The position numbers and the translations under genes were made by a program. A stretch of 64,000 bases of DNA, from NCBI GenBank assembly GCA_032718475.1, contig JAUCBJ010001454.1:1-64000 (forward strand). Reading direction: 5' to 3'. Positions 52,161 to 64,000 of this stretch are shown here, piece after piece; position 1 is the first letter of the stretch, and each line of letters opens with the position of its first letter. Source of the stretch: Nemertoderma westbladi (taxonomy: Eukaryota > Animalia > Xenacoelomorpha). The notes beneath the pieces were generated by a model. That model did not search any database, was not told where the DNA came from, and saw only the letters and a list, made by a program, of their open reading frames with translations.

Positions 52161-52564
52161 GTACCATCAAAGTTATAATTTTTGAGCCTTTATTGTCCGC
52201 AATAGCGGACAATAAAGTCTTTATCGTCCGCACTTTTGCGGACAATAAAGGGTATCGTTTAAAGAAAAAAATTCCTTTTCATATTCGATTTATTTAGGAA
52301 GATGATGAAGTTTTCCCACCGATTTCCAATTGGTTTGCATCCGATGACTCTCCTCCAATAAAGGTGCCTTCTAGAGATTGTTATAACCAATCAGACAATT
52401 ATTGTGCTTATACATTACCACGGCAACCAAAAGATTCAGAGTTAATATCTACTGAAGAAACATTAACATTTAAGACTACAATAGACATTCCGAATAGGAA
52501 ATAATTTACACACAGTGATTACTGTAATTAAGTATGTTGAGATGGTCAGGCCTACAGTATGTCC

Positions 52565-52805
52565 CAAAATTCATCCGTCAAATACATCGGAATTAAATTG
52601 ACAACAATTTAAGAGGAAGTCTCATATTGAATACGTTCGCAGTCAACTATCAAAATCAGTAGGAATATTTTTTAAACTCCCTTATATTTTCCCTTTACAG
52701 ATTTTACATTTATTATCTTTTTCTTTAATTCAACCCTATATCACATACGGATTAATTGCATGGGGAAATGCATATCATAGTCTAATAAAGCCGATCAGAA
52801 TTAAA
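52565..52805 (+). mobile_element. CR1/L2-group LINE fragment
   Basis: Remnants HIEYVRSQLSKSVGIFFKL and PYITYGLIAWGNA. Confidence 0.55.
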
Positions 52806-54490
52806 GTTTCATTTGTTGATTATATTGCAAGTAGTGCTGTGCTATACCATCTGGATACCAAGTAGTGATGGTGTTATTATAATGATCACCTCAGGAACGA
52901 AATAAGCCATTCTATCAATGACTGGTGATAAGCAAAGAACTATAAATTCGCTGTTTTAATTATGTTCAAGTAAGCTGAGTCAACTACAGTTAATACTATT
53001 GATGAAAATCTTCATTATACCTATGGTGTTATTATAATGATCACCTCAATGGATAAATTGAATATCTGTTTTTCTTTATTTACCACTCGAATATTTAACA
53101 TAATTATAATTCCGCTTTACTTTTACAGTCTATAATTAATATCCTTAGGCCCCTATGTGAAATTCTTTAGGCATAATTTATACTGTTATTTCGGCTGAAT
53201 TAAGTAATTATACGAAATTTGCCGGATTCTATATAAACTTTAAGATGTTTTTCCAAAACATTTTTTATACACGAAGGAGATACTGGTTTGAATGGGCCTG
53301 CAGGAGACGTGACTGTTCAATGCGTCGCGAGGGTGAAAAGATCATTCAACAGTGGCCTTCGTGACAGCAGGTAGATCAGAATCAGTGGTCGGATGGGAAT
53401 AATGGTCGTCGGTTTGTATGGCTGGGGAAGAAACTGCGGGGCAGAGAACCGCGTCGACATATTTAATTGATGATACTTGGATCGGTTTACTGTTTTGAGA
53501 AACGCGAACAGCAACAACCCCGGAATATGAATAGGCAGCGTGTATTTGCCTCGACCACTTTAGTTTCAGTGCGTGATGTAGAATAGCCATTCGGCGAGGT
53601 GTTATGTGATTCGTTAGTCGACTCGAATACCATACTAAAGTTTAAGTTAACCCAGTAGATTGATTTCCAACGGAACCATTAAACGGTATTTCATTGGGTT
53701 TGAGTTATATAAAAAATTAAGAAAATATACCATTACTACCAACTTCAGTATAATATGTTGAACTACTCCGCGCCGAACCCGAAATATTGTAGGACAAATA
53801 TAATTTGGATTTAGAGTAATATTAATTGTTGGGATAGGGAGGTTCCCCTAATCTCCACATTCAGCAAGCTGTGCAGTAAATCTGTAATTAGAACAAGTTT
53901 CTAATCACCAGTGGTAAACCGTGCGGTAACCCCATGCTCGTTCGCATGCTCATGCTCAACGGCATGCTCATTCAATGCAAATGTTAACACAAAAAACCGA
54001 ATCAAAATTTGTTAACTTTCTGAAATCCGGTGTTATTCCCCCTTACCTCTAAAACTGCAAAGATACAGTGAACTGATTGCATAATATGACAATCAAGCTT
54101 TCTGAGTAGCTTTATTTAGGCGGAAGGCATCATAATAGAGTATTTATCGAAGCAAAACAATTATACTTTCTAATGAAATTATTTGCTCAATCAGTTGCGG
54201 TAACTGATGGTCTTTCTGTCGACTGTGAATTCAATAGGGAATGGCATAATTTTATTTAGCATTTTTTCAATAGGCTGTGGTTTACTGCGCGGTGTACCGT
54301 GCAACTACCTGTTGGGTCGTTCACAGTCGGCGGTAATGAAAATCATTTACCTCACAGACACCTTTCCTATAGTTTATGATTTATGATTTCTTTCTAATAT
54401 TAGTAAAACCACGTACTGTATTACCGACTTAGTTTGGGCAATTATGGAGATCTGCAGTAGCATCGTCCCCAAAAGGTAGATTTTATCTAA

Positions 54491-56701
54491 TCTAATATAT
54501 ATAAATATCGATTGTCTGTCAGTCAGTCAGTCTGTCTGTGTGTTTGTCATCGGCTATACAATCGAACCCATCTCGATGAAATCTCGCTTGCTATAGCTCG
54601 TTAGAAAGGTCTCGCCCTAACTCGTTGCAACGTAATACTCAGAGTCGTCTGAAGTTCGCCCGTCTGCCGCTAGAGGGCGATTTTAGTGATTTTCGGGCGA
54701 AATTTATCGAATTATTTCGGTTCTTCTATCGGTAATTAATGATTTAGAGGGCTAACATTTATCCCACCTGGTATAAAATTAACATGGGTAGATTCGCCGT
54801 GTCCCATTCTCACAAAGTTTTTATTTTATTCGAGTGTTTAATATAAATATGTATGATTATTTATTGATTAAAAATCAAATAGTGTATAAATATGTCATAT
54901 TCGCCAAGCACGATCGAATTGGCCTATTGTTATTGAATAGGGAAGGATTGTTTTCTGTAGCAACGTTAAGGTAATTATTGAACTCCCAGCTAGCTGGCTG
55001 GGCACAGATAAGGAGCAAGCAGGCTGGAGTGTTGATTGGGGTGGGTTTGGGTTGTCTGTTGCGAATTGCCCAAGAGTAATTCTGCTTTCTCAATCATTGG
55101 CTGCATGGAAGGAGAGGTTTATAACATTTTTGTTTTACTGTTATGAATATTAAAAGTAAAATAATTATTTCTATAGGCCTATACTTACTGTATTATTATT
55201 TTATCTAATATTATACATCTAATCTCGATGAAATCTCGCTTACTATAGCTCGTTAGATAGGTCTCGCCCTAACTCGTTGCAACGTAATACTCAGAGCCAT
55301 CTGAAGTCCCCCCGTCTGCCGCTAGAGGGCGAATTATCCGATAGTGAAAACCTGATCTTATTGGGTTGTTTTTAATGCTTTTGAGCTGAAATTTGGTAGC
55401 TATATACTGCAGCATAGGCTGTATATTTCCAGAGTCACTGGGTTGTCTACAGTTCCCCAGTCTACCGTTAGAGGGCTAAATGTCTGAGAGATAACATCTT
55501 CTCCAACTTTATTATTTACAATCCGTTTTGACTGAAACTTGGTAGGCATCTACTACAGCATAGGCTGAATCTTTACTGAGTCGCAGAGTCGTCTACAATT
55601 TCCCAGTCTACCGCTAGAGGGCGAAATGTCTGCAAGTTAACATCTTCTCCAACTTTGTTATTTATAATCCATTTAGACTGAACTTGGTAGGCATCTACTA
55701 CAGCATAGGCTATATCTTTACTGAGTCGCACAGAGTTGTCTACAGTACCCGCGTCTGCCGCTAGAGGGCGAAATGTATGAAAGTTAACATCTTCTCCAAC
55801 TTTGTTATTTACAAACCTTTTAGACTGAAACTTGGTAGGCATCTACTATAGCATAGGCTATATCTTTGCGGAGTAGTAGAGTCGTCTACAGTTCCACAGT
55901 CAGCCGCAAGAGGGCGAATTGTCTGATAGTGAAAACCTCATCCCATTTGGTTCTTTTTAATCCTTTTGAGCTGAAACTTGGCAGGTATCTACTACATCCT
56001 AGGCTCTATCTTTACGGAGTTGCAGAGTCCTATACACTTCCCCAGTCTACCGCTAGAGGGTGAAATGTCTGAAAATTAACATCTTCTCCAACTTTGTTAT
56101 TTACAAACGGTTTAGACTGAAACTTGGTAGGCATCTACTACAGCATAGGCTCTACCTTTACAGAGTCGCAGAGTTGTATACAGTTCCCCTATCTGCCGCT
56201 AGAGGGCGAATTGTCTGATAGTGAACACCTCATCCCAATTGGTTCTTTTTAATCCCTTTGAGCTGAAACTTGGCAGGAATCTACTGCAGCATATTCTGTA
56301 TCTTTACGGAGTCCCAGAGTCGTCTACAGTTCTTCAGTCTACCGCTAGAAGTCTGAATGTGAACATCTACACCAATTTTGTTATTTACAATCTGTTTAAG
56401 CTGAAACTTGAAAGGCAGGCATTTTACTTCACCATAAACCCCATCTTTACCAAACTGCAGCGCCGTCTGCATTTCACCAGTCCGCAGGTAGAGGGTGGAT
56501 CTGAAAGTGATCATTTTCTGGAAATTTTGTTATTTACAATCTGACTAAAGTTGAAACTTGACAGTTATCTCTTATGGGGGTGGTGTTTTATTTAATGATG
56601 GTGTCTGTTCTGTATGCAGTTCTCCAATCTCCCACACATATTCATATATCATCTGCACGTGCACTAGAAAGCTGTGGCCCGAAGGGCCACAGGCTTTCTA
56701 G
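54491..56701 (+). mobile_element. Non-autonomous Helitron, tandem unit 1
   Basis: 5' TC(taatatatataaatatcg) followed by (ctgt)n; 3' hairpin gtggccc-gaa-gggccac then CTAG; preceded by A; internal 146-bp repeats. Confidence 0.85.
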
Positions 56702-56723
56702 TCTAATATATATAAATATCGAT

Positions 56724-56755
<32 letters not shown>

Positions 56756-58939
56756 ATCAGCTATACAATCGAACCCATCTCGATGAAATCTCGCTTGCTA
56801 TAGCTCGTTAGAAAGGTCTCGCTCTAACTCGTTGCAACGTAATACTCAGAGTCGTCTGAAGTTCACCCGTCTGCCGCTAGAGGGCGATTTTCGTGATTTT
56901 CGGGCGAAATTTATCGAATTATTTCGGTTCTTCTATCGGTAATTAATTATTTAGAGGGCTAACATTTATCCCATCTGGTATAAAATTAACATGAGTAGAT
57001 TCGCCGTGTCCCATTCTCACAAAGTTTTTATTTTATTCGAGTGTTTAATATAAATATGTATGATTATTTATTGATTAAACACCAAATAGTGTATAAATAT
57101 GTCATATTCGCCAAGCACGATCGAATTGGCCTATTGGTATTGAATAAGGAAGGATTGTTTTCTGTATCATAGCAACGTTAAGGTAATTATTGAACTCGCA
57201 GCTAGCTGGCTGGGCACAGATAAGGAGCAAGCAGGCTGGAGTGTTGATTGGGGTGGGTTTGGGTTGTCTATTGCGAATTGCTCAGAGTAATTCTGTTTTC
57301 TCAATCATTGGCTGCATGGAAGGAGAGGTTTATAACATTTTTGTTTTACTGTTATGAATACCGGTATTAAAAGTAAAATAATTATTATTTCTGTAGGCCT
57401 ATACTTACTGTATTATTATTTTATCTAATATTATACATCTAATCTCGATGAAATCTCGCTTACTATAGCTCGTTAGATAGGTCTCGCCCTAACTCGTTGC
57501 AACGTAATACTCAGAGCCGTCTGAAGTTCCCCCGTCTGCCGCTAGAGGGCGAATTGTCCGATATTGAAAACCTGATCTCATTGGGTTGTTTTTAATGCTT
57601 TTGAGTTGAAACTCTGTAGCTATATACTGCAGCATAGGCTGTATATTTCCGGAGTCACTGAGTTGTCTACAGTTCCCCAGTCTACCGTTAGAGGGCTAAA
57701 TGTCTGAGAGTTAACATCTTCTCCAACTTTGTTATTTATAATCCGTTTAGACTGAACTTGGTAGGCATCTACTACAGCATAGGCTATATCTTTACTGAGT
57801 CGCGCAGAGTTGTCTACAGTACCCGCGTCTGCCGCTAGAGGGTGAAATGTATGAAAGTAAACATATTTTCCAACTTTGTTATTTACAATCCTTTTATACT
57901 GGAACTTGGTAGGCATCTACTATAGCATAGGCTATATCTTTGCGGAGTAGTAGAGTCGTCTACAATTCCCCAGTCTACCGCTAGAGGGCGAAATGTCTGA
58001 AAGTTAACATCTTCTCCAACTTTGTTATTTATAATCCATTTAGACTGAACTTGGTAGGCATCTACTACAGCATAGGCCATATCTTTACTGAGTCCCGCAG
58101 AGTTGTCTACATTACCCGCGTCTGCCGCTAGAGGGCGAAATGTATGAAAGTTAACATCTCCTCCAACTTTGTTATTTACAATCCTTTTAGACTGAATCTT
58201 GGTAGGCATCTACTATAGCATAGGCTATATCTTTGCAGAGTAGTAGAGTCGTCTACAGTTCCACAGTCAGCCGCTAGAGGGCGAATTGTCTGATAGTGAA
58301 AACCTCATCCCATTTGGTTCTTTTTAATCATTTTGAGCTGAAAATTGGTAGGCATCTACTACAGCATAGGCTGTACCTTTACGGAGTCGCAGAGTTGTAT
58401 ACAGTCCCCCCCCCATATGCCGCTAGAGGGCGAAATATCTGATAGTGAACACCTCATCCTATTTGGTTCTTTTTAATCCTATTGAGCTGGAACTTGGCAG
58501 GAATCTACTACAGCATATTCTGTATCTTTACGGAGCCCCAGAGTCGTCTACAGTTCTTCAGTCTACCGCTAGAGGGTGAAATGTCTGAATGTAAACATCT
58601 ACACCAATTTTGTTATTTACAATCTGTTTAAGCTGAAACTTGAAAGGCAGGCATTTTACTTCACCATAAACCCCATCTTTACCAAACTGCAGCGCCGTCT
58701 GCATTTCACCAGTCCGCAGGTAGAGGGTGGATCTGAAAGTGATCATTTTTCTGGAAATTTTGTTATTTACAATCTGCCTAAAGTTGAAACTTGACAGTTA
58801 TCTCTTATGGCGGTGGCGTTTTATTTAATGATGGTGTCTGTTCCGTATGCAGTTCTCAAATCTCAAACACATATTCATATATCATCTGCACTGCACGTGC
58901 ACTAGAAAGCTGTGGCCCGAAGGGCCACAGGCTTTCTAG
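56702..58939 (+). mobile_element. Non-autonomous Helitron, tandem unit 2
   Basis: Precise CTAG/TC head-to-tail junctions on both sides. Confidence 0.85.
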
Positions 58940-58960
58940 TCTAATATATATAAATCTCGA

Positions 58961-58996
<36 letters not shown>

Positions 58997-61224
58997 GTGT
59001 TTGTCATCGGCTATACAATCGAACCCATCTCGATGAAATCTCGCTTGCTATATCTCGTTAGAAAGGTCTCGCCCTAACTCGTTGCAACGTAATACTCAGA
59101 GCCGTCTGAAGTTCGCCCGTCTGCCGCTAGAGGGCGATTTTCGTGATTTTCGGGCGAAATTTATCGAATTATTTCGGTTCTTCTATCGGTAATTAATGAT
59201 TTAGAGGGCTAACATTTATCCCACCTGGTATAAAATTAACATGGGTAGATTCGCCGTGTCCCATTCTCACAAAGTTTTTATTTTATTCGAGTGTTTAATA
59301 TAAATATGTATGATTATTTATTGATTAAAAATCAAATAGTGTATAAATATGTCATATTCGCCAAGCAGGATCGAATTGGCCTATTGCTATTGAATAGGGA
59401 AGGATTGTTTTCTGTATCATAGCAACGTTAAGGTAATTATTGAACTCGCAGCTAGCTGGCTGGGCACAGATAAGGAGCAAGCAGGCTGGAGTGTTGATTG
59501 GGGTGGGTTTGGGTTGTCTATTGCTAATTGCTCAGAGTAATTCTGCTTTTTCAATCATTGGCTGCAGGGAAGGACAGGTTTATAACATTTTTGTTTTACT
59601 GTTATGAATATTAAAAGTAAAATAATTATTTCTGTAGGCCTATACTTACTGTATTATTATTTTATCTAATATTATACATCTAATCTCGATGAAATCTCGC
59701 TTACTATAGCTCGTTAGATAGGTCTTGCCCTAACTTGTTGCAACGTAATACTCAGAGCCGTCTGAAGTTCCACCGTCTGCCGCTAGAGGGCGAATTGTTC
59801 GATACTGAAAACCTGATCTCATTGGGTTGTTTTTAATGCTTTTGAGCTGAAACTTGGTTGCTATATACTGCAGCAGCAGCATAGGCTGTATATTTCCGGA
59901 GTCACTGAGTTGTCCACAGTTCCCCAGTCTACCGTTAGAGGGCTAAATGTCTGAGAGTTAACATCTTCTCCAACTTTGTTATTTACAATCCGTTTAGACT
60001 GAAACTTGGTAGGCATCTACTACAGCAAAGGCTGTATCTTTACTGAGTCGCAGAGTCGTCTACAATTCCCCAGTCTACCGCTAGAGGGCGAAATGTCTGA
60101 AAGTTAACATCTTCTCCAACTTTGTTATTTACAATCCGTTTAGACTGAACCTTGGTAGGCATCTACTACAGCAAAGGCTGTATCTTTACTGAGTCGCAGA
60201 GTCGTCTACAATTCCCCAGTCTACCGTTAGAGGGCTAAATGTCTGAGAGATAACATCTTCTCCAACTTTGTTATTTACAATCCGTTTAGACTGAAACTTG
60301 GTAGGCATCTACTACAGCAAAGGCTGTATCTTTACTGAGTCGCAGAGTCGTCTACAATTCCCCAGTCTACCGCTAGAGGGCGAAATGTCTGAAAGTTAAC
60401 ATCTTCTCCAACTTTGTTATTTACAATCCGTTTAGACTGAAACTTGGTAGGCAACTACTACAGCAAAGGCTGTATCTTTACTGAGTCGCAGAGTCGTCTA
60501 CAATTCCCCAGTCTACCGTTAGAGGGCTAAATGTCTGAGAGTTAACATCTTCTCCAACTTTGTTATTTACAATCCGTTTAGACTGAAACTTGGTAGGCAT
60601 CTACTACAGCAAAGGCTGTATCTTTACTGAGTCGCAGAGTCGTCTAAAATTCCCCAGTCTACCGCTAGAGGGCGAAATGTCTGAGAGTTAACATCTTCTC
60701 CAACTTTGTTATTTACAATCCGTTTAGACTGAAACTTGGTAGGCATCTACTACAGCAAAGGCTGTATCTTTACTGAGTCACAGAGTCGTCTACAATTCCC
60801 CAGTCTACCGCTAGAGGGCTAAATGTCTGAGAGTTAACATCTTCTCCAACTTTGTTATTTACAATCCGTTTAGACTGAAACTTGGTAGGCATCTACTATA
60901 GCATAGGCTATATCTTTGCGGAGTAGTAGAGTCATCTACAGTTCCACAGTCAGCCGCTAGAGGGCGAATTGTCTGATAGTGAAAACCTCATCCCATTTGG
61001 TTCTTTTTAATCATTTTGAGCTGAAACTTGGTTGGTATCTACTACATCATAGGCTGTATCTTTACGGGGTTGCAGAATCCTATTCACTTCCCCAGTCTAC
61101 CGCTAGAGGGTTAAATGTCTGAAAGTTAACATCTTCTCCAACTTGTTATTTACTAACGGTTTAGACTGAAACTTGGTAGGCTTCTACTACAGCATAGGCT
61201 GTACCTTTTCGGAGTCACAGAGTT

Positions 61225-61284
61225 CTAAGTGGTTAGCATAACTGAACGTTTTTCGGGAGACGCGGGTTCGATCCCCGCTGGTGG
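61225..61284 (+). other. tRNA-derived/SINE-head fragment inserted in one 146-bp repeat
   Basis: aagtggttagcat (A-box-like) and gcggg-ttcgatc-cccgc (T-arm/B-box); absent from sibling repeats. Confidence 0.6.
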
Positions 61285-61755
61285 CAGTCCGTATCTGCCG
61301 CTAGAGGGCGAAATATCTGATAGTGAACACCTCATCCCATTTGGTTCTTTTTAATCCTATTGAGCTGGAACTTGGCAGGAGTCTACTACAGCATATTCTG
61401 TATCTTTACGGAGTCCCAGAGTCGTCTACAGTTCTTCAGTCTACCGCTAGAGGGTGAAATGTCTGAATGTGAACATCTACACCAATTTTGTTATTTACAA
61501 TCTGTTTAAGCTGAAACTTGAAAGGCAGGCATTTTACTTCACCATAAACCCAATCTTTACCAAACTGCAGCGCCGTCTGCATTTCACCAGTCCGCAGGTA
61601 GAGGGTGGATCTGAAAGTGATCATTTTCTGGAAATTTTGTTATTTACAATCTGCCTAAAGTTGAAACTTGACAGTTATCTCTTATGGGGGTGGTGTTTTA
61701 TTTAATGATGGTGTCTGTTCCGTATGCAGTTCTCAAATCTCCCACACATATTCAT

Positions 61756-63170
61756 TAGGGCGGTGCGTTTTTTACTTTTTTTCGATTTCATTGTTCTACC
61801 GGTGCACAAAAGTTGCCAAATGGTAAAAAAATATGGCAAAAAAAAATTCTTTAAATTTCGTCTATGTCTTCACGGATCCCAAGAGGGTTGAAATTTTGTG
61901 CCATCGCGATGCACCATAATGAAATTTATAACAATATAACACATTGATAAAATATCAATGACTCAAAAAAGAACTTCCTGCATGCATCAAATGTCATCAA
62001 ATGGGCCCAAACTTAGTTAGATACCAAAATTTCAATTTTTGGATCAAGGGAAGTTGTGCCACAGGCACATGACCACAACCTACTGTTTGGCGCAAGTGAT
62101 GATTATTCTCAATTTTGGTGAAGGGCAACTTTTAGTTCTCCTACGGCATTATTATTATGCTCATTAGAACCGCAATGACCGACTTAGTGGGGGTAGACAC
62201 CATCAAAACAAGCATAGAGCGAATAGTTCTTGAGATATTACAGAAAATGTTAAGTACGGCACATGTCAACATTACTGCCTTGATGATTTATAGACAAATA
62301 CACAAAAATGTTACTTCTAATTATCTTAAGGCATCAAAAATATACACATCGACATCACTGCAACAAATTGATTTAGTGTATACAGAGACCTTCAAAATTA
62401 AAGAGAAGTACATAATTCACTATAGTTTTTGTACAAAATGTGTGGAATGGGTCAACTCAATATCAAGTAGTAATTGGTGGACATAGTCTTGACATTTTGT
62501 AAAATAACTCAAGAACTAATGACTCTACTCTTATTTTGAAGGTGTCTTCACCCACTATATCGATCATTTATGTGATGTGTCTATTTTTTGATTCCTTGAG
62601 GTAATTCAAAATATCACTTATTGTGTATGTGTCCATATCACATCAAGGCGGTAATGTAGACTTGTGCCATACTTCACATTTTCTGCGATATCTCAAGAAC
62701 TATTCGCTCTACGTTTGTTTTGAAGGTGTCTACCCCCACTAAATCGGCCATTGCGGTTCTAATGAGCATAATATGAATGCAGTAAGAGAACTCAAAGTTG
62801 GCCATCGCGAAAATTGAGAATAATCATCACTTGCGCCAAATGGTAGGTTCTGGCCATGTGCCTGTGGCACTAGTTCCCTTGACCCAAAAGTTAAAATTTT
62901 GGTATCTAACTAAGTTTGGACCCATTTGATGACATTTGATGCATGCAGGAAGTTCTTTTTTGAGTCATTGATCTTTCATCAATGTGTTATATTGTTATAC
63001 ATTTCATTATGGTGCATCGCGAAGGCACAAAATTTCAACCCTCTTGGGATCCGTGAAGATATAGATGAAATTTGAAGAAATTTTTTTTGCCTTATTTTTT
63101 TACCATTTGGCAACTTTTGTGCACCGGTAGAACAATGAAATCGAAAAAAAGTAAAAAACGCACCGCCCTA
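61756..63170. mobile_element. 1415-bp almost fully palindromic hAT-type MITE
   Basis: TIR tagggcggtgcgttttt / aaaaacgcaccgcccta extending several hundred bp inward; 8-bp TSD atattcat; empty sites in units 1 and 2. Confidence 0.92.
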
Positions 63171-63234
63171 ATATTCATATATCATCTGCACGTGCACTAG
63201 AAAGTTGTGGCCCGAAGGGCCACAGGCTTTCTAG

Positions 63235-64000
63235 TCTAATATATATAAATATCGATTGTCTGTCAGTCAGTCAGTCAGTCTGTCTGTGTGTTTGTCATCG
63301 GCTATACAATCGAACCCATCTCGATGAAATCTCGCTTGCTATAGCTCGTTAGAAAGGTCTCGCCCTAACTCGTTGCAACGTAATACTCAGAGCCGTCTGA
63401 AGTTCGCCCGTCTGCCGCTAGAGGGCGATTTTCGTGATTTTCGGGCGAAATTCATCGAATTATTTCGGTTCTTCTATCGGTAATTAATGATTTAGAGGGC
63501 TAACATTTATCCCACCTGGTCTAAAATTAACATGGGTAGATTCGCCGTGTCCCATTCTCACAAAGTTTTTATTTTATTCGAGTGTTTAATATAAATATGT
63601 ATGATTATTTATTGATTAAAAATCAAATAGTGTATAAATATGTCATATTCGCCAAGCACGATCGAATTGGCCTATTCTTAGTGCTGTAGTTAATAGGGAA
63701 GGATTTTTTCCTGTATCATAGCAACGTTAAGGTAATTATTGGACTCGCAGCTAGCTGCTGGCTGGGCACAGATAAGGAGCAAGCAGGCTGGAGTGTTGAT
63801 TGGGGTGGGTTTGGGTTGTCTATTGCGAATTGCTCAGAGTAATTCTGCTTTCTCAATCATTGGCTGCATGGAAGGAGAGGTTTATAACATTTTTGTTTTA
63901 CTTTTATGAATATTAAAAGTAAAATAATTATTTCTGTAGGCCTGTACTTACTGTATTATTATTTTATCTAATATTATACATCTAATCTCGATGAAATCTC
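63235..64000 (+). mobile_element. Non-autonomous Helitron, tandem unit 4 (runs off the window)
   Basis: Same 5' end directly after CTAG. Confidence 0.85.

Larger units (their letters stand above)
58940..63234 (+). mobile_element. Non-autonomous Helitron, tandem unit 3 (expanded repeats, tRNA-like insert, MITE insert)
   Basis: Same termini; extra homogeneous 146-bp repeats at ~59900-60900. Confidence 0.85.

Noticed and set aside
53290-53600. Possible exon or ORF island
   Set aside because: Could not be joined in frame to 48359 and the minus-strand ORFs lack motifs.
55573-61705. Recurrent short ORFs in the Helitron units
   Set aside because: Products of the internal repeats; no Rep or helicase motifs, frames not maintained.
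62157-62486. 109-aa ORF as transposase
   Set aside because: Lies in a palindromic MITE arm; no DDE or BED motifs.

Overview
AT-rich, repeat-dominated eukaryotic (animal-like) genomic DNA; no rRNA, intact tRNA or CRISPR array seen. 1-16.5 kb: local segmental duplications, mini/microsatellites, a hAT-type MITE inside a 68-bp satellite, and a very young, internally deleted Ty3/Gypsy (Mag-like) LTR element whose empty site survives in the other duplicate. 16.5-19.3 kb and 34.8-40.5 kb: three pieces of one family of large LTR elements (~1.1-kb LTRs, ~2.2-kb leader, 783-aa orphan first ORF, 3' accessory CCHC ORF). 19.4-30.1 kb: a pile of non-LTR retrotransposons (CR1/L2-like, two RTE-like, CRE-like). 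Host coding sequence is sparse: an intronless 10-Cys, probably GPI-anchored protein (30536-31261), a terminal exon with an acidic tail (34132-34283) and a two-exon FAM167/LURAP-like coiled-coil fragment (44424-48359). 54.5-64 kb: a head-to-tail array of non-autonomous Helitrons whose internal 146-bp repeat carries about 30 co-oriented CTCF-like motifs. All assignments come from reading the sequence by eye; no database searches were run.
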